From Thermoplasmatota archaeon (GTDB lineage: Archaea; Thermoplasmatota; Thermoplasmata; Thermoplasmatales; Thermoplasmataceae), in the NCBI GenBank assembly GCA_023487765.1, contig JAMDBW010000052.1, positions 1 to 53,428 of the forward strand: a stretch of 53,428 bases of DNA. Direction: 5' to 3'. The first letter of the stretch is position 1; each line of letters starts with the position of its first letter. The notes beneath the pieces are model-generated. The model worked only from the letters and a program-made list of their open reading frames with translations. It did not search any database and had not been told where the DNA came from. Position numbers and translations under genes: made by a program. Shown one piece after another: positions 39,317-48,900 of this stretch.

Positions 39317-39587
39317 ACCATTGTCAGCAAAATTAACAGGCAAAGTCCGGAATAGAGCTTTGTCCCTGCTTTCATTTTTACGTAGTTTGCTCATGTGATC
39401 TGAATGCATGCCTGAATCGTGCAAAGGCCCGGGCTGTCACTACTACAGGCATACAATATTCATGGACTGCCGCCGGGGATTTTAGATTCCTGCAGGCGTC
39501 ATTTTGATATATTCTCCCGAGCCAGAGCCTGCAAGAGCACGTCCCCGGAATCACAATTTTTGTCTGATAAGTATATAGGGCAATTTC

Positions 39588-40523
39588 TCACATATTTTCA
39601 AACATGTCCACACAGTGTATGTCAAGCTCCCACTCCTTAAATTTATCTGTTGTTTTGTAGAGTACCCCGAAGAATTCGGGAAGCACAATCTCCGGCACCA
39701 CAGTTGCGAATGAGAAAGTCTTACCCAGAAGTTTCTGCGGCATTCCGAGGGTCACGACGGAGTTCCCAGAGACTTCATCGATAAAGAATTGAATCAGCGG
39801 GTTTGAGAAGGCTGTTTCATAAATCCGGTGCTCTTTCGAGATCTCGTTGATCCAGTCTTCCTTCTTCCTCAAGAGTGCGTTTTTGTCGTAATACACCGCT
39901 CTGATTTCATCCTCGAGCAGATACTTCAACTCCCTCGTCCAGTTCACTCCCAGGTTCGTAATAACCGGATCACTAACGATGTTCATTGCAGAAACTGGAA
40001 CGGATCCGTTGACCTCCACGTACTTAAGAGGAAATGCGGAGGAAATCTCTCTGAAAGTGCTGATAACTCCTTCACTTTTGCCGATGTATCTGACAGCAAA
40101 TCTGTCGAAGTTAACCAGTGTCGATCTCATTGCCCTGGTTACCTTGTTTTCGTCGCTGGAATGGAACCTGAAATACAGGTAGTAATAACCACCATTGTGG
40201 AGGATACAGTCTACAACGACGGACGGAACTCTGTTCAATGTTTTGAAAGCCTCAAGAAAAGGGTTTCCCGACAGGTCCACCTTTACCATCACAGCATCAG
40301 GAGATAATCTAACATCACGGCCCTTCAGGATCTTTGGCAGTTCCTCCTCGTCTATTCCATCCCGTTCGAAGTTGAATATGGCAAATCCTCCGCTCTTGGT
40401 TACGCGTGTTCTCACTATGGCAGTTATTCCGTTCTCGTTCAGGAATTCTGTAATAGGGGTACCGGTGGAAAAGGAAACAATACACTGTCTGTCAAGGATA
40501 TCATTTATCTCTTTTATTATCAT
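39588..40523 (-). CDS. Hypothetical protein
   Basis: 311-aa ORF with protein-like composition and no recognised motif. Confidence 0.7.
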   Translation of the reverse strand: MIIKEINDILDRQCIVSFSTGTPITEFLNENGITAIVRTRVTKSGGFAIFNFERDGIDEEELPKILKGRDVRLSPDAVMVKVDLSGNPFLEAFKTLNRVPSVVVDCILHNGGYYYLYFRFHSSDENKVTRAMRSTLVNFDRFAVRYIGKSEGVISTFREISSAFPLKYVEVNGSVPVSAMNIVSDPVITNLGVNWTRELKYLLEDEIRAVYYDKNALLRKKEDWINEISKEHRIYETAFSNPLIQFFIDEVSGNSVVTLGMPQKLLGKTFSFATVVPEIVLPEFFGVLYKTTDKFKEWELDIHCVDMFENM

Positions 40524-40629
40524 TAATGAGATAAGTCACAAAGGGTTGATTATAGTTTTCAGTGCATATTTTTTCCGTTTCATCATTCCCGGGTCATTTC
40601 ACAGATTGAGCCCACCTTCTCCTTCGTGA

Positions 40630-40911
40630 GGGAGGAAAACTGAATTTGCCGACATTTATGAAGCCCGGAAGATGGTGGAGTACGCCTTCAATGATTACAA
40701 CCAGGTAATGCCGTATTCATCGGTTATATATTTACCTCCGTCAGAGTTCAGAAGAAGATGGAAATCCAGTGAGGAATTCAGGACGGAATACGTGAAATTC
40801 CCTGCCAGCGCAAAGAGGAAACAGGAAAATATGAGAATAAAACGAAGGAAGTTGAGGCGAATGGAATCTAAAATGGGAGAAAAGTGTTCCAAATTTTGCT
40901 GGAGCGGATCA
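40630..40911 (+). mobile_element. IS3-family transposase C-terminal remnant with its right end
   Basis: EFADIYEARKMVEYAFNDYNQVMPYSSVIYLPPSEF matches the integrase-core tail YNxxRPHSSLxYxxPxEF; the element ends in ...GGAGCGGATCA (5'-TG end on the minus strand). Confidence 0.7.
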
Positions 40912-40949
40912 GCCCTGAAGAAAACGACGGTATCAACAACAGCCTTCAT
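40912..40949 (-). pseudogene. 5' stub of a PIN-domain toxin gene cut by the IS3 end
   Basis: MKAVVDTVVFFR is a PIN-type N-terminus; its start overlaps the upstream stop codon (ATGA). Confidence 0.5.
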
Positions 40950-41464
40950 TTCTTCTGATTTCTGTTATAAGCTTGCATAATGTAATCTTCTGTCAGGCTG
41001 TTCTCATCATAGAATTTCTCGAAATACGAATAGATTACATCTCTCCTTAGAGCAGACTTAACAGTAAACATAGGAAATTTTGAGTACACATATTTCGAGA
41101 GACCGTCGATGGAGTTGAAGTTATACTGCTCTTTTATTCTAATTACGGCCACGGTTTCAGATGTTCCCATGCTTCTCCAAACTGAAGCTGCTTTCTTGAA
41201 ACCTAACGGCGTTAACCTTATTCCATCATCTTCATCAATAAGACCCTTGTATACAAGAAGATTCAAGTCATCCCTTAGTTCAGCAGAAAACGGCCCATAA
41301 TAATGGGGTTTAAACTCATATTCCTTAGACTTTGAAAATATTGTTTCTTTCATCAGCAGAAACATTTCCTTCTGCAAGTGCGTTTCAGATGGAATTTTTT
41401 CATTATCCTTCAAGGTCTTCCCCCTTCCATAGATCAATGCCAATAGAAGGTCCCTTCTCTCCAT
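40946..41464 (-). CDS. Panacea/DUF4065 (SocA-like) antitoxin family protein
   Basis: LQKEMFL..YEF.PHYYGPFS.EL..DL..L signature. Confidence 0.7.
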   Translation of the reverse strand: MERRDLLLALIYGRGKTLKDNEKIPSETHLQKEMFLLMKETIFSKSKEYEFKPHYYGPFSAELRDDLNLLVYKGLIDEDDGIRLTPLGFKKAASVWRSMGTSETVAVIRIKEQYNFNSIDGLSKYVYSKFPMFTVKSALRRDVIYSYFEKFYDENSLTEDYIMQAYNRNQKK

Positions 41465-41723
41465 TCCAATAACTCCACTTACTAACTGTATTTATTTCTT
41501 CTTACAGTGCAGTATCACATGCATATAAATCAGGATGATCTAAAATTCGGGTGAAATAGTAGGAGTTATAACACTAAAAACAAAAGAATGACGTTTTCTA
41601 GAAATCCATGTCAATCTTGAAACCTTTCCAGATTGGATGTGCATTCAGGCCTCTGTTTTCCGGACTTGACTGACCATTGTTGATAACTGAACCTTTATTC
41701 ATGCCGGTTTCATGTGCATTATA

Positions 41724-42196
41724 ATGAGTTCATTACGTGATTTCAGCATCCCTGAAGCGTATAAGCAGCATGGATACACTTGCACGTCTAGAACCCATGG
41801 CGGACTGGGACTCACTCAAGTCCAAGGGGGTCATCCCTTTTCAGGAATAAGACCGACAAGGGCGGAAGGTCTAACACCGACGACGTTACCATGATCAAAA
41901 CGCTGTTCGTACAGGAATTTTACGGCCTTACAGACGAATCAACCGAGAGGGAACTCTATGACAAGACCACCTTCAGGCATTTCCTTCGCTATCCGGACAA
42001 GATGCCTGACGCAAGAACCATCCGGCTGTTCAAGGAGAGACCGTCATCTTCAGGCATGGACAGGAAATTATGGGATGCCATCTGGAAACAGTTCAATGAT
42101 AGGGGCATAAGGATCGAAAAAGGGGTGATACAGGACGCTTCACACATGGAATCTGATGATGGGAAGCACGAAAGGAAGAAGACCGGAAAGAGATGA
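41724..42196 (+). mobile_element. IS5-family transposase pseudogene (frameshifted, truncated)
   Basis: MSSLRDF start; MIK.L..Q..YGLTDE..ERELYD...FRHFL..PDARTI..F.ER..IQDAS (DUF772 plus start of the DDE domain). Confidence 0.85.
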
Positions 42197-42270
42197 GAAA
42201 GTGGGTTGAGGGGTGGGAATAACCCTGCAAGTCAGCAAATAATTTGATCCTTGAAGCTTTAATAGGTTCC

Positions 42271-42663
42271 TCAAGTCCTATTCTGCTTTACCGTGTGCTT
42301 TTTCATATCAAGTTGCAAACCAATGTCTTGCATAAATTCGTGGCCTATAAGAACATCATCGCCAATCTCCAGAATTACGAATCCAGGATTTCTTATCCTT
42401 GTTCCAGCGATGTCAATCCAATCAAAAACAGCATAATCCAACCATTTAGCATCATCTTCTTCCGTCTGGCCCGGCAGAAAAATTGAAACAGATTCGGGCA
42501 AATATTCATTGACACCAATTTCATCGATGGTCTGGCCATTAGACAACTTGGGTCTTATGACGCTGTAATCGGCTCCCGTGTCGAAAATGGACAGTAACTT
42601 TGTCTCTTGCAGTTTGCCTCCGATGGTGACAAGATCTCTAATGATCCCCATTTGAATATTCAC
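42271..42663 (-). CDS. Retropepsin-like (clan AA) aspartic protease
   Basis: IFDTGADYS catalytic motif and LIGHEFM C-terminal motif. Confidence 0.85.
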   Translation of the reverse strand: MNIQMGIIRDLVTIGGKLQETKLLSIFDTGADYSVIRPKLSNGQTIDEIGVNEYLPESVSIFLPGQTEEDDAKWLDYAVFDWIDIAGTRIRNPGFVILEIGDDVLIGHEFMQDIGLQLDMKKHTVKQNRT

Positions 42664-42667
42664 CCAT

Positions 42668-42910
42668 CTACTTCAGGTAGGGGTTAATTTTCAAGATGTC
42701 GCCAGTCTTTGAATCCACCGTCACCATTGCAGCAACCGGGATTTTTAAAGTTTGTCCGGCGGTGGATGGGAATTCCTGGGCGTAAGATATCCCGATGAAC
42801 CATACCTCATTGTCCAATGAAGCAGTTACTATTCTGAAATCATCTATATCCAAGATCTTTTTTAAGCGATCCTTTACTTTTTCCTTTACTTCAAGCAAAG
42901 TAAGCGTCAT
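42668..42910 (-). CDS. Small PepSY-like protein
   Basis: Helix, then W.I strand, then VTVDSKTGDI pattern; start uncertain (42910-42970). Confidence 0.55.
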   Translation of the reverse strand: MTLTLLEVKEKVKDRLKKILDIDDFRIVTASLDNEVWFIGISYAQEFPSTAGQTLKIPVAAMVTVDSKTGDILKINPYLK

Positions 42911-43081
42911 GTTTACTATCATGTCATAAGCGACACCAAGATAATAAGCATTGTCCGTTAATGCCTGCACACAGCCACTTTAGCTTAGGCGTTGTAATAT
43001 CCGCATTTTATAAGCATTCTCTTTTCTCATTTCTCGTGGGCATCGCATTCTATTAGGTTTATTGAAAATCAAGTGAGATGC

Positions 43082-43386
43082 ATGAACAGAAAAGAAGAAA
43101 CGCTGTATGTGCCTGACGACACTGAGATTCAGGCAGCGAGAAAGGAAGGATACCAGAGTGGCTGGAACGACAGGAAATAATTTGATTCCGACCTCAATGA
43201 AGACGCAATAAACCAGAGCAGGGACTTCAGGGAATTAGCAATACAGCTGAAAGAGGGATCGGGGAAGACTAGAGAAACGAGTCAGTGAACCGTTTTGACA
43301 TGGAATTCTGGAATGGAGGATTGAAAGTGCTTATTCTCGTCGCAGAAAAGCTTTCGGAATTGGAAAGAAAAGGATCTCGTAAATAG
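43082..43386 (+). pseudogene. Probable decayed ~100-codon gene
   Basis: MNRKEE..WNDRK*FDSD.. continues past an in-frame stop, then shifts frame to ..EFWNGGLKVLILVAEKLSELERK*. Confidence 0.35.
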
Positions 43387-43419
43387 GGAAGGGGAGGGCG
43401 CAACCTAGACTACATGGTA

Positions 43420-43494
43420 TGCTCCGACCGGGATTCGGACCCGGGTCGTCGGCTCGAAAGGCCGAAATGCTTGGCCGGACTACACCATCGGAGC
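43420..43494 (-). tRNA. tRNA-Glu (UUC)
   Basis: Cloverleaf with acceptor GCTCCGA/TCGGAGC, anticodon arm TCGGC-CTTTCGA-GCCGA and T arm CCGGG-TCCGAAT-CCCGG; CCA not encoded. Confidence 0.95.
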
Positions 43495-43569
43495 AGAACA
43501 CTCCCTAAACTCACATTCTTATATTTATCTTTGCCAGCGTGATGCAGGACTGTGAATGAGAGGATCCAG

Positions 43570-44610
43570 TCAGTTCTTAACCCTGTACCTTAAAATCGCA
43601 CAGTATCCGCCGAAGCTGGAAACCATCTTTCCGTGATCTCCGGAGGAGCTTATTATGTGTATTTTTGATGAATAAGAACCGGCAAGGTCCAGCAAAATTA
43701 TACCTTCCTCAGTTCTGAATTTATCCTCTGAAATCAAAAGAATCTCCACTGCACCAAGTTCAAGCATCCTCTTTACTTCATCATAACCGTATGCCGCCTG
43801 TTCATCTGTTTTCAAGTGCCTGAGAAAGTTCTCAACAAGTCGTGAATCACCTGACAGCCTGAAATTCTCAAGAATCCTGTCAGATTCTCCTGAATTCAGG
43901 AATTCCCACACAGCTCCTTCATCAGGCCTGCTGGCCGGGAAGCTGTATATAGTGAATTTCAGCTGGTTTGCCTTCATGGTCGTTACCATTTTCTCTCTGG
44001 TGAATCCCGGTCCGAGGACGATTATGCTGGACCCCTCCGGAATCATTCTTCTTGCGGAATCTGTGATCTCCTTGAGATATCTGTCTTCGGAATAGTCTGA
44101 CGAATAATCTTTGCCTGTCTTATGGGATTCTATCTTACCAAGGTTTTGAATGCCATAACTCTTAAGCAGCAGCATAGATGCTTCCTCATCGTCCAGAACA
44201 ATGAAGTAGTATCTGTCAGAAAATTTGTTCTCCAGAGCCTCATCAAGAAGTTTGCGTTGCTCAGCGTTCCAGACAGATTTACTGAGCAGAAAAGTTTCAC
44301 CGGTGGTAAAGGCAAAGGACTGATGAAGCCCAATCAGGTCCTCGCTCCCGTGAACGATTTTTCCAAGAACTCTCAACGAGCCGGAAAATTCCTGAAATTC
44401 CATGGACTCCACTTCAACAGTGAGTGTGACAGGCTTTCTCGAGGTTTCTTTGGAACGTGTCATATCCTGCTGTTTTTCAATTCTCCTCAGTGTGGTCATC
44501 TTAACCATGTCACCAGGTGCAATTATATTCCTGAGATACCAGAGATCATCGTCAGAATCTATGTGTACCGATAAGAATTCAGAATCAGAACTATTGTCAA
44601 GAAGCCTCAT
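43570..44610 (-). CDS. pelA: Pelota (mRNA surveillance/ribosome rescue)
   Basis: DDLWYL, LRVLG, GPGF and AAYG..EV..GAVE.LL..FGG..AILRY motifs. Confidence 0.95.
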   Translation of the reverse strand: MRLLDNSSDSEFLSVHIDSDDDLWYLRNIIAPGDMVKMTTLRRIEKQQDMTRSKETSRKPVTLTVEVESMEFQEFSGSLRVLGKIVHGSEDLIGLHQSFAFTTGETFLLSKSVWNAEQRKLLDEALENKFSDRYYFIVLDDEEASMLLLKSYGIQNLGKIESHKTGKDYSSDYSEDRYLKEITDSARRMIPEGSSIIVLGPGFTREKMVTTMKANQLKFTIYSFPASRPDEGAVWEFLNSGESDRILENFRLSGDSRLVENFLRHLKTDEQAAYGYDEVKRMLELGAVEILLISEDKFRTEEGIILLDLAGSYSSKIHIISSSGDHGKMVSSFGGYCAILRYRVKN

Positions 44611-45065
44611 GGGGCGGTCTCCGAAATGATATCTTCCAGGGCTTTCCTGATGGAATCAAAATGACTCCCTTCCCAGTATACTTTCCCGCAGTTGCTGCAA
44701 TGGAATACCCTGGTGTACTTTCCTCTTATCCCGTCCGGAATATCCCCCTTGAAAATCTCCATTGGAATGATCCTGAGTTCAGAATTGCAGAGCGGGCATC
44801 TGCTGAAAAATAGTTCTTCTGACGGTTCGTGAGTACCTATGAATACCTTTATCTGATCGCGATAATCATCGGATTTTATGTAAAGAGAATCCCTGTACCT
44901 CTGCGAGAGTTCCCTGTCCCTTGTCAGGAGAATCAGGGAATTCTGCCTGCAGTAGCTCAGTATTTCAGTGTCGTTTTTATCTGGCGTCGCGTACTCCACG
45001 GAAAACCCCATCAACCTCAACCATCTTGCCAGCTTTCCAAGCATGCTGTCTGCAAAGAACTTCAA
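44607..45065 (-). CDS. Mut7-C RNase domain (PIN fold with Zn ribbon) protein
   Basis: FADSMLGKLARWLR..G, LLTRD, SRCPLCN and C.NCGKVYWEGSH motifs. Confidence 0.92.
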   Translation of the reverse strand: MKFFADSMLGKLARWLRLMGFSVEYATPDKNDTEILSYCRQNSLILLTRDRELSQRYRDSLYIKSDDYRDQIKVFIGTHEPSEELFFSRCPLCNSELRIIPMEIFKGDIPDGIRGKYTRVFHCSNCGKVYWEGSHFDSIRKALEDIISETAP

Positions 45066-45294
45066 TTGACTACTCCTTCCATGGCATGGAGACGTAATTA
45101 CTATTGCGAATTGAAGATGGCGGTCTTGCCATGGGGTTTACCCCATCTTCCAGTTCATCACGGGCGGTGTGATTGGACGCAAAGTTATATGCCAGAGGGT
45201 TTCCGGAATATCCATTTGATCCCGTTGCCATTTTTTCCATGCATTCCAAATTCTTCAGTTAAAATATAAAGCTGCAATATATAAAAAATTAGAA

Positions 45295-45870
45295 TCATTT
45301 TCTTCTGTTGAAATAGAAGTACAATATGAACATCGCAGCAATTATGGCGGCGATTATCCCGATATTCCGGTATTCTGTGGCAAGGCCATGAACTTTTGGC
45401 GTCGACCACGAGAACCCGGGATAAGCTCCGGCATTCAGGGCTTCCAGGTTTGTCAGTTTACCGCCGTTTCCGGTAACGAAAGACTCCTGATTGGCCGTCT
45501 TGTTGAAGGCGAGAGTGAAATTATGCACATCAGGGAAACCGATCTGGGACAATGCATAGACCAGTTGCATGCCGTAGGGGTTCAGTCCGGAATACGATAG
45601 ATCAAACACTATCAGGTCCTGCGTGGCATTCTGGCTCCAGTTATATGTCACGTATGTTTTGTTGTCTATTATGTCGTTAAAGAAATTCAACCATTCGGAG
45701 TCCGTGATCGTGTAATGTGATGACCCGCCATTTATGTAGTATGTAACAGAGGGAAGATTGAACGGGGCAGGATTGAGGGTAGGTCCACTGGCCGCTGAGG
45801 CGAAAGGGCTTAAAGAAACCGCAAAGAAGGCAACTAATGTGATGACAGCCAGGTACTGATTCTTGTTCAT
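45295..45870 (-). CDS. Secreted, membrane-anchored hypothetical protein
   Basis: Signal peptide, N-glycosylation sequons and a C-terminal TM followed by RRK. Confidence 0.75.
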   Translation of the reverse strand: MNKNQYLAVITLVAFFAVSLSPFASAASGPTLNPAPFNLPSVTYYINGGSSHYTITDSEWLNFFNDIIDNKTYVTYNWSQNATQDLIVFDLSYSGLNPYGMQLVYALSQIGFPDVHNFTLAFNKTANQESFVTGNGGKLTNLEALNAGAYPGFSWSTPKVHGLATEYRNIGIIAAIIAAMFILYFYFNRRK

Positions 45871-45919
45871 GTTGATCCGGTTCTTGCGTTATAGGTATTT
45901 TCCTATAAAATTTTTCAGT

Positions 45920-48900
45920 TCATTTTTTTTGAGTTGCCATCATTATGTACGTCCTTCCGTCAGGATCGCTCTTGAATTTTATTATCCCCTGATCATTCAG
46001 TCTGGACATGGCTTTCCTGATGACTTTCGAGTCGATTCTCTCTCGCCTTGCCTCTGATATTATGGTGTGTTTTTCAGCTCCTGCATTCTTAAGAATCAGT
46101 TCTCTTGCCATTTCCATATCCTTTATGCTCGTGACCCTTCTGCGATAGATCAGGATACTGACGAAGACCAGAATAAGCAACTCTGGAATGAACCCGGGTA
46201 CGAAAATGTGGTAACTCTTTACAATCTCGGTTGAATGATATTGCACGATGAGGGTAATATTGTGGTATCCAGGCATTATAAATGTGAAAAAGCTGGCACT
46301 CCTGCTGGCTGTGTGTCCATCCACCAGCCAGGTCAGGTTTATTGGCTTGAGATTAATCCCGGAAATACCGGAGGAGAAGAACGAGACGCCCATGAACATA
46401 TCAAGCCGCGGGGCAATTCCACTGATGTCAGAGAAATAGTAGTTGCTGAACCTGACCGTTGAACTTACATTTCTGTTGCCGCTCCTGTCAACTGCAGCAA
46501 CCGTAACATTGAAGGTGCCGTCGCGGGTGAGGTTTAATATAAAAGATCCGGAGGAATACAGTGTTCCGGCGTCCAACGTTTTGTTGTCCAGGCTGACTTG
46601 AATCCCTGACAGCGGAACCTGATCGACGATGGAGTAGTCAACGATCGCATAATGCGTCCATATGAGCGTACTGTTTTCTGCAGACACCATTATTTCCGGT
46701 TTGGAGTTCGAATAATATACCGTGACAACTGACGTATTGCTGTTCCCCCACGCGGATGTTGCGGTCAGTCGCAATGTATTGTTGAATCCGGGGACGCTGA
46801 TGTTTTCGCCTGATTTGCGCAGCATTCCGGAAAACCGGGTTCCGTTTCCGGATATCGTGTAATTATAGGTCACATTCGGGAGAAGCCTGATACTGAGCGG
46901 GAAGTAGCTTGAATTTGTGTATGAAGTCCCGTTTAATAGCGGGTTTACGGGTATTGTGTTATTCAGGTCGATGTAAAAAATCTCTGAGGTTCTCTCTCCG
47001 CTCAGATCTACTGCAGTGACGTTCATAATGTAGATTCCGTTTCCCTGAAGATTGAAATCGGCAGGATCAATTACAAAACTCCCGAAGTTTCCCGCAGATG
47101 AAAATGTCTCCTTTTCTCCTCCCGGCGAAGTGATGTTCAGGAATAACGATGAAGTAACGTTTGAGGTCACGTTGATCTGCATTCGATCGAGGTTCGAATT
47201 TCCGGAGAATGAATAAAAATAACCCGTCGTCCGGTTTACGCTGATCTCCGGGGAATAGTTCTCAACGGTCACATATTCATTGCCCACAGAAGTGAAATTT
47301 CCATCGAGGAGCGTGGCATTGAGGAATATCCTGTAAGAACCGTCAGGTAATTCCAGTAACGAAAAGTTCTGTGAAGTATTGTAGGCCAGCCGATGTCCGC
47401 TTGAAACGACAGTCAGGCAGTAATAGCTATGATATGCGACCTGTTTCCAGCTGAAATTGAATTTGTTGAAAGGCAGGTATGAATTGTTATTAATATTTGC
47501 AGAGAAATTCGTTATTTCACTATGGACAACATTGTATTCGAATCTGTATGCCCTCAAAATACCAAACTGATCCTTCAGATCAAGGGTGAGATTCATGACG
47601 CTTGTGTTGGAGGTTCCCGTGAAATTAAACGCATTTCCTGTAAACGAATAGTTGAAAAAACCAGACGATACGCTGGAATACAACTGGCCGGAGATGTTGC
47701 TTATGGATATGCTGAATAACTGATCCTGGGAAATATACGACATATTTCCCGGATCAATTTTAATCGCGGGTTTGTAGTTGTCAACATGCACCTTCTTTAC
47801 CAGCGAAAGTGTGTAACCTGCGTCGTTGGTGGCATTGAGATAGAGGAGACATGTTCCGTTTCCTATTTCTGTGCTTGAGAAATTCAGGTAACCATTCAAA
47901 GGGGCGATGGTTAAATTTCCAATTTGCGAGCTCTCAGTGCAGTTCAGCCCGGAGGAAATACTGTAATTGAAGGAGACGTTTCCGGTCAGTACTGAAGGGC
48001 CGTTCAGGCTTCCGTTGATTGAGTATCCGGAGAACGGGAACTTCCCGGCAAAGAATATCGACAAATAACTGCCGTTCGCAAGGAATCCGAATGAGAGATT
48101 ACCCTCGAAATAAGCATATGCGGCTGTTCCGGGCAGATTAGTATCGTGCGTTATGTTTCCGGAGACTACTTCCATGGTGCTTCCGGATGAAATTACGCTT
48201 AACTCAGGATCGGACCACAGGGGAGCTGTTGAAGCGGCCTGGATGGCAACCGGGGAATAAATGCTGTTTCCAAAGAGATATCCGCCGGGAATATTATTTC
48301 CCGGATGAATTTCCGAGCTGAAGCAATTGGACAGATTTGACGAAGCCGTTATGACAGTGGAAGTATCAAACATCTGTGCGTTGTACAAATTGCTATTTTC
48401 CGACAGGGAACCGCTGGCATCGAGACTGTAGTTTGATATTTCCCTGGAACTTGAGTTCATGGCCATAAGGATAATCTGCTGATTCTGGACGGACGACAGG
48501 ATCACTTTCTGTTCGAAGTCAGAGGAAATGTTTGCCCATCGGCTGACGCTACCGGTCGCATTATAAATCCAGACTTTGCCGCTCTCGTTGATAAGGAAAA
48601 AATTCATGCCGAGGACAGTGAGTTTCGGGGAGTCTATCTTTATTGGTCCAAAGTTGTATTTCACAACAGAGAGTGAAGTGGTGTTTATCCTGAACAGATT
48701 AGAATTATCCTGAAATAAAACGAAGAAGTACGCATAATTCCCGTCGGAATATGAAGCAGCCCAATCTGCACTGTTTGAAATATTTGCCAGGATCAGCGTG
48801 GTATTGTTATAGTAATTGAAGAGATAAATTCCCGGCATCTTCCCTGTCTCCATGAACATGATGCTGTTCAGTTTCCAGTCAGCAACAGGATAAGCTCCGA

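Noticed and set aside
39461..39490. Sequence resembling the reverse complement of a tRNA 3' end (possible att site)
   Set aside because: Does not match tRNA-Glu and lacks a proper T-loop
40672..40980. ORFs 40672-40980 (+) and 40695-40949 (-) as intact genes
   Set aside because: Better explained as an IS3 tail abutting a PIN gene stub; each ORF reads through into the antisense of the other element
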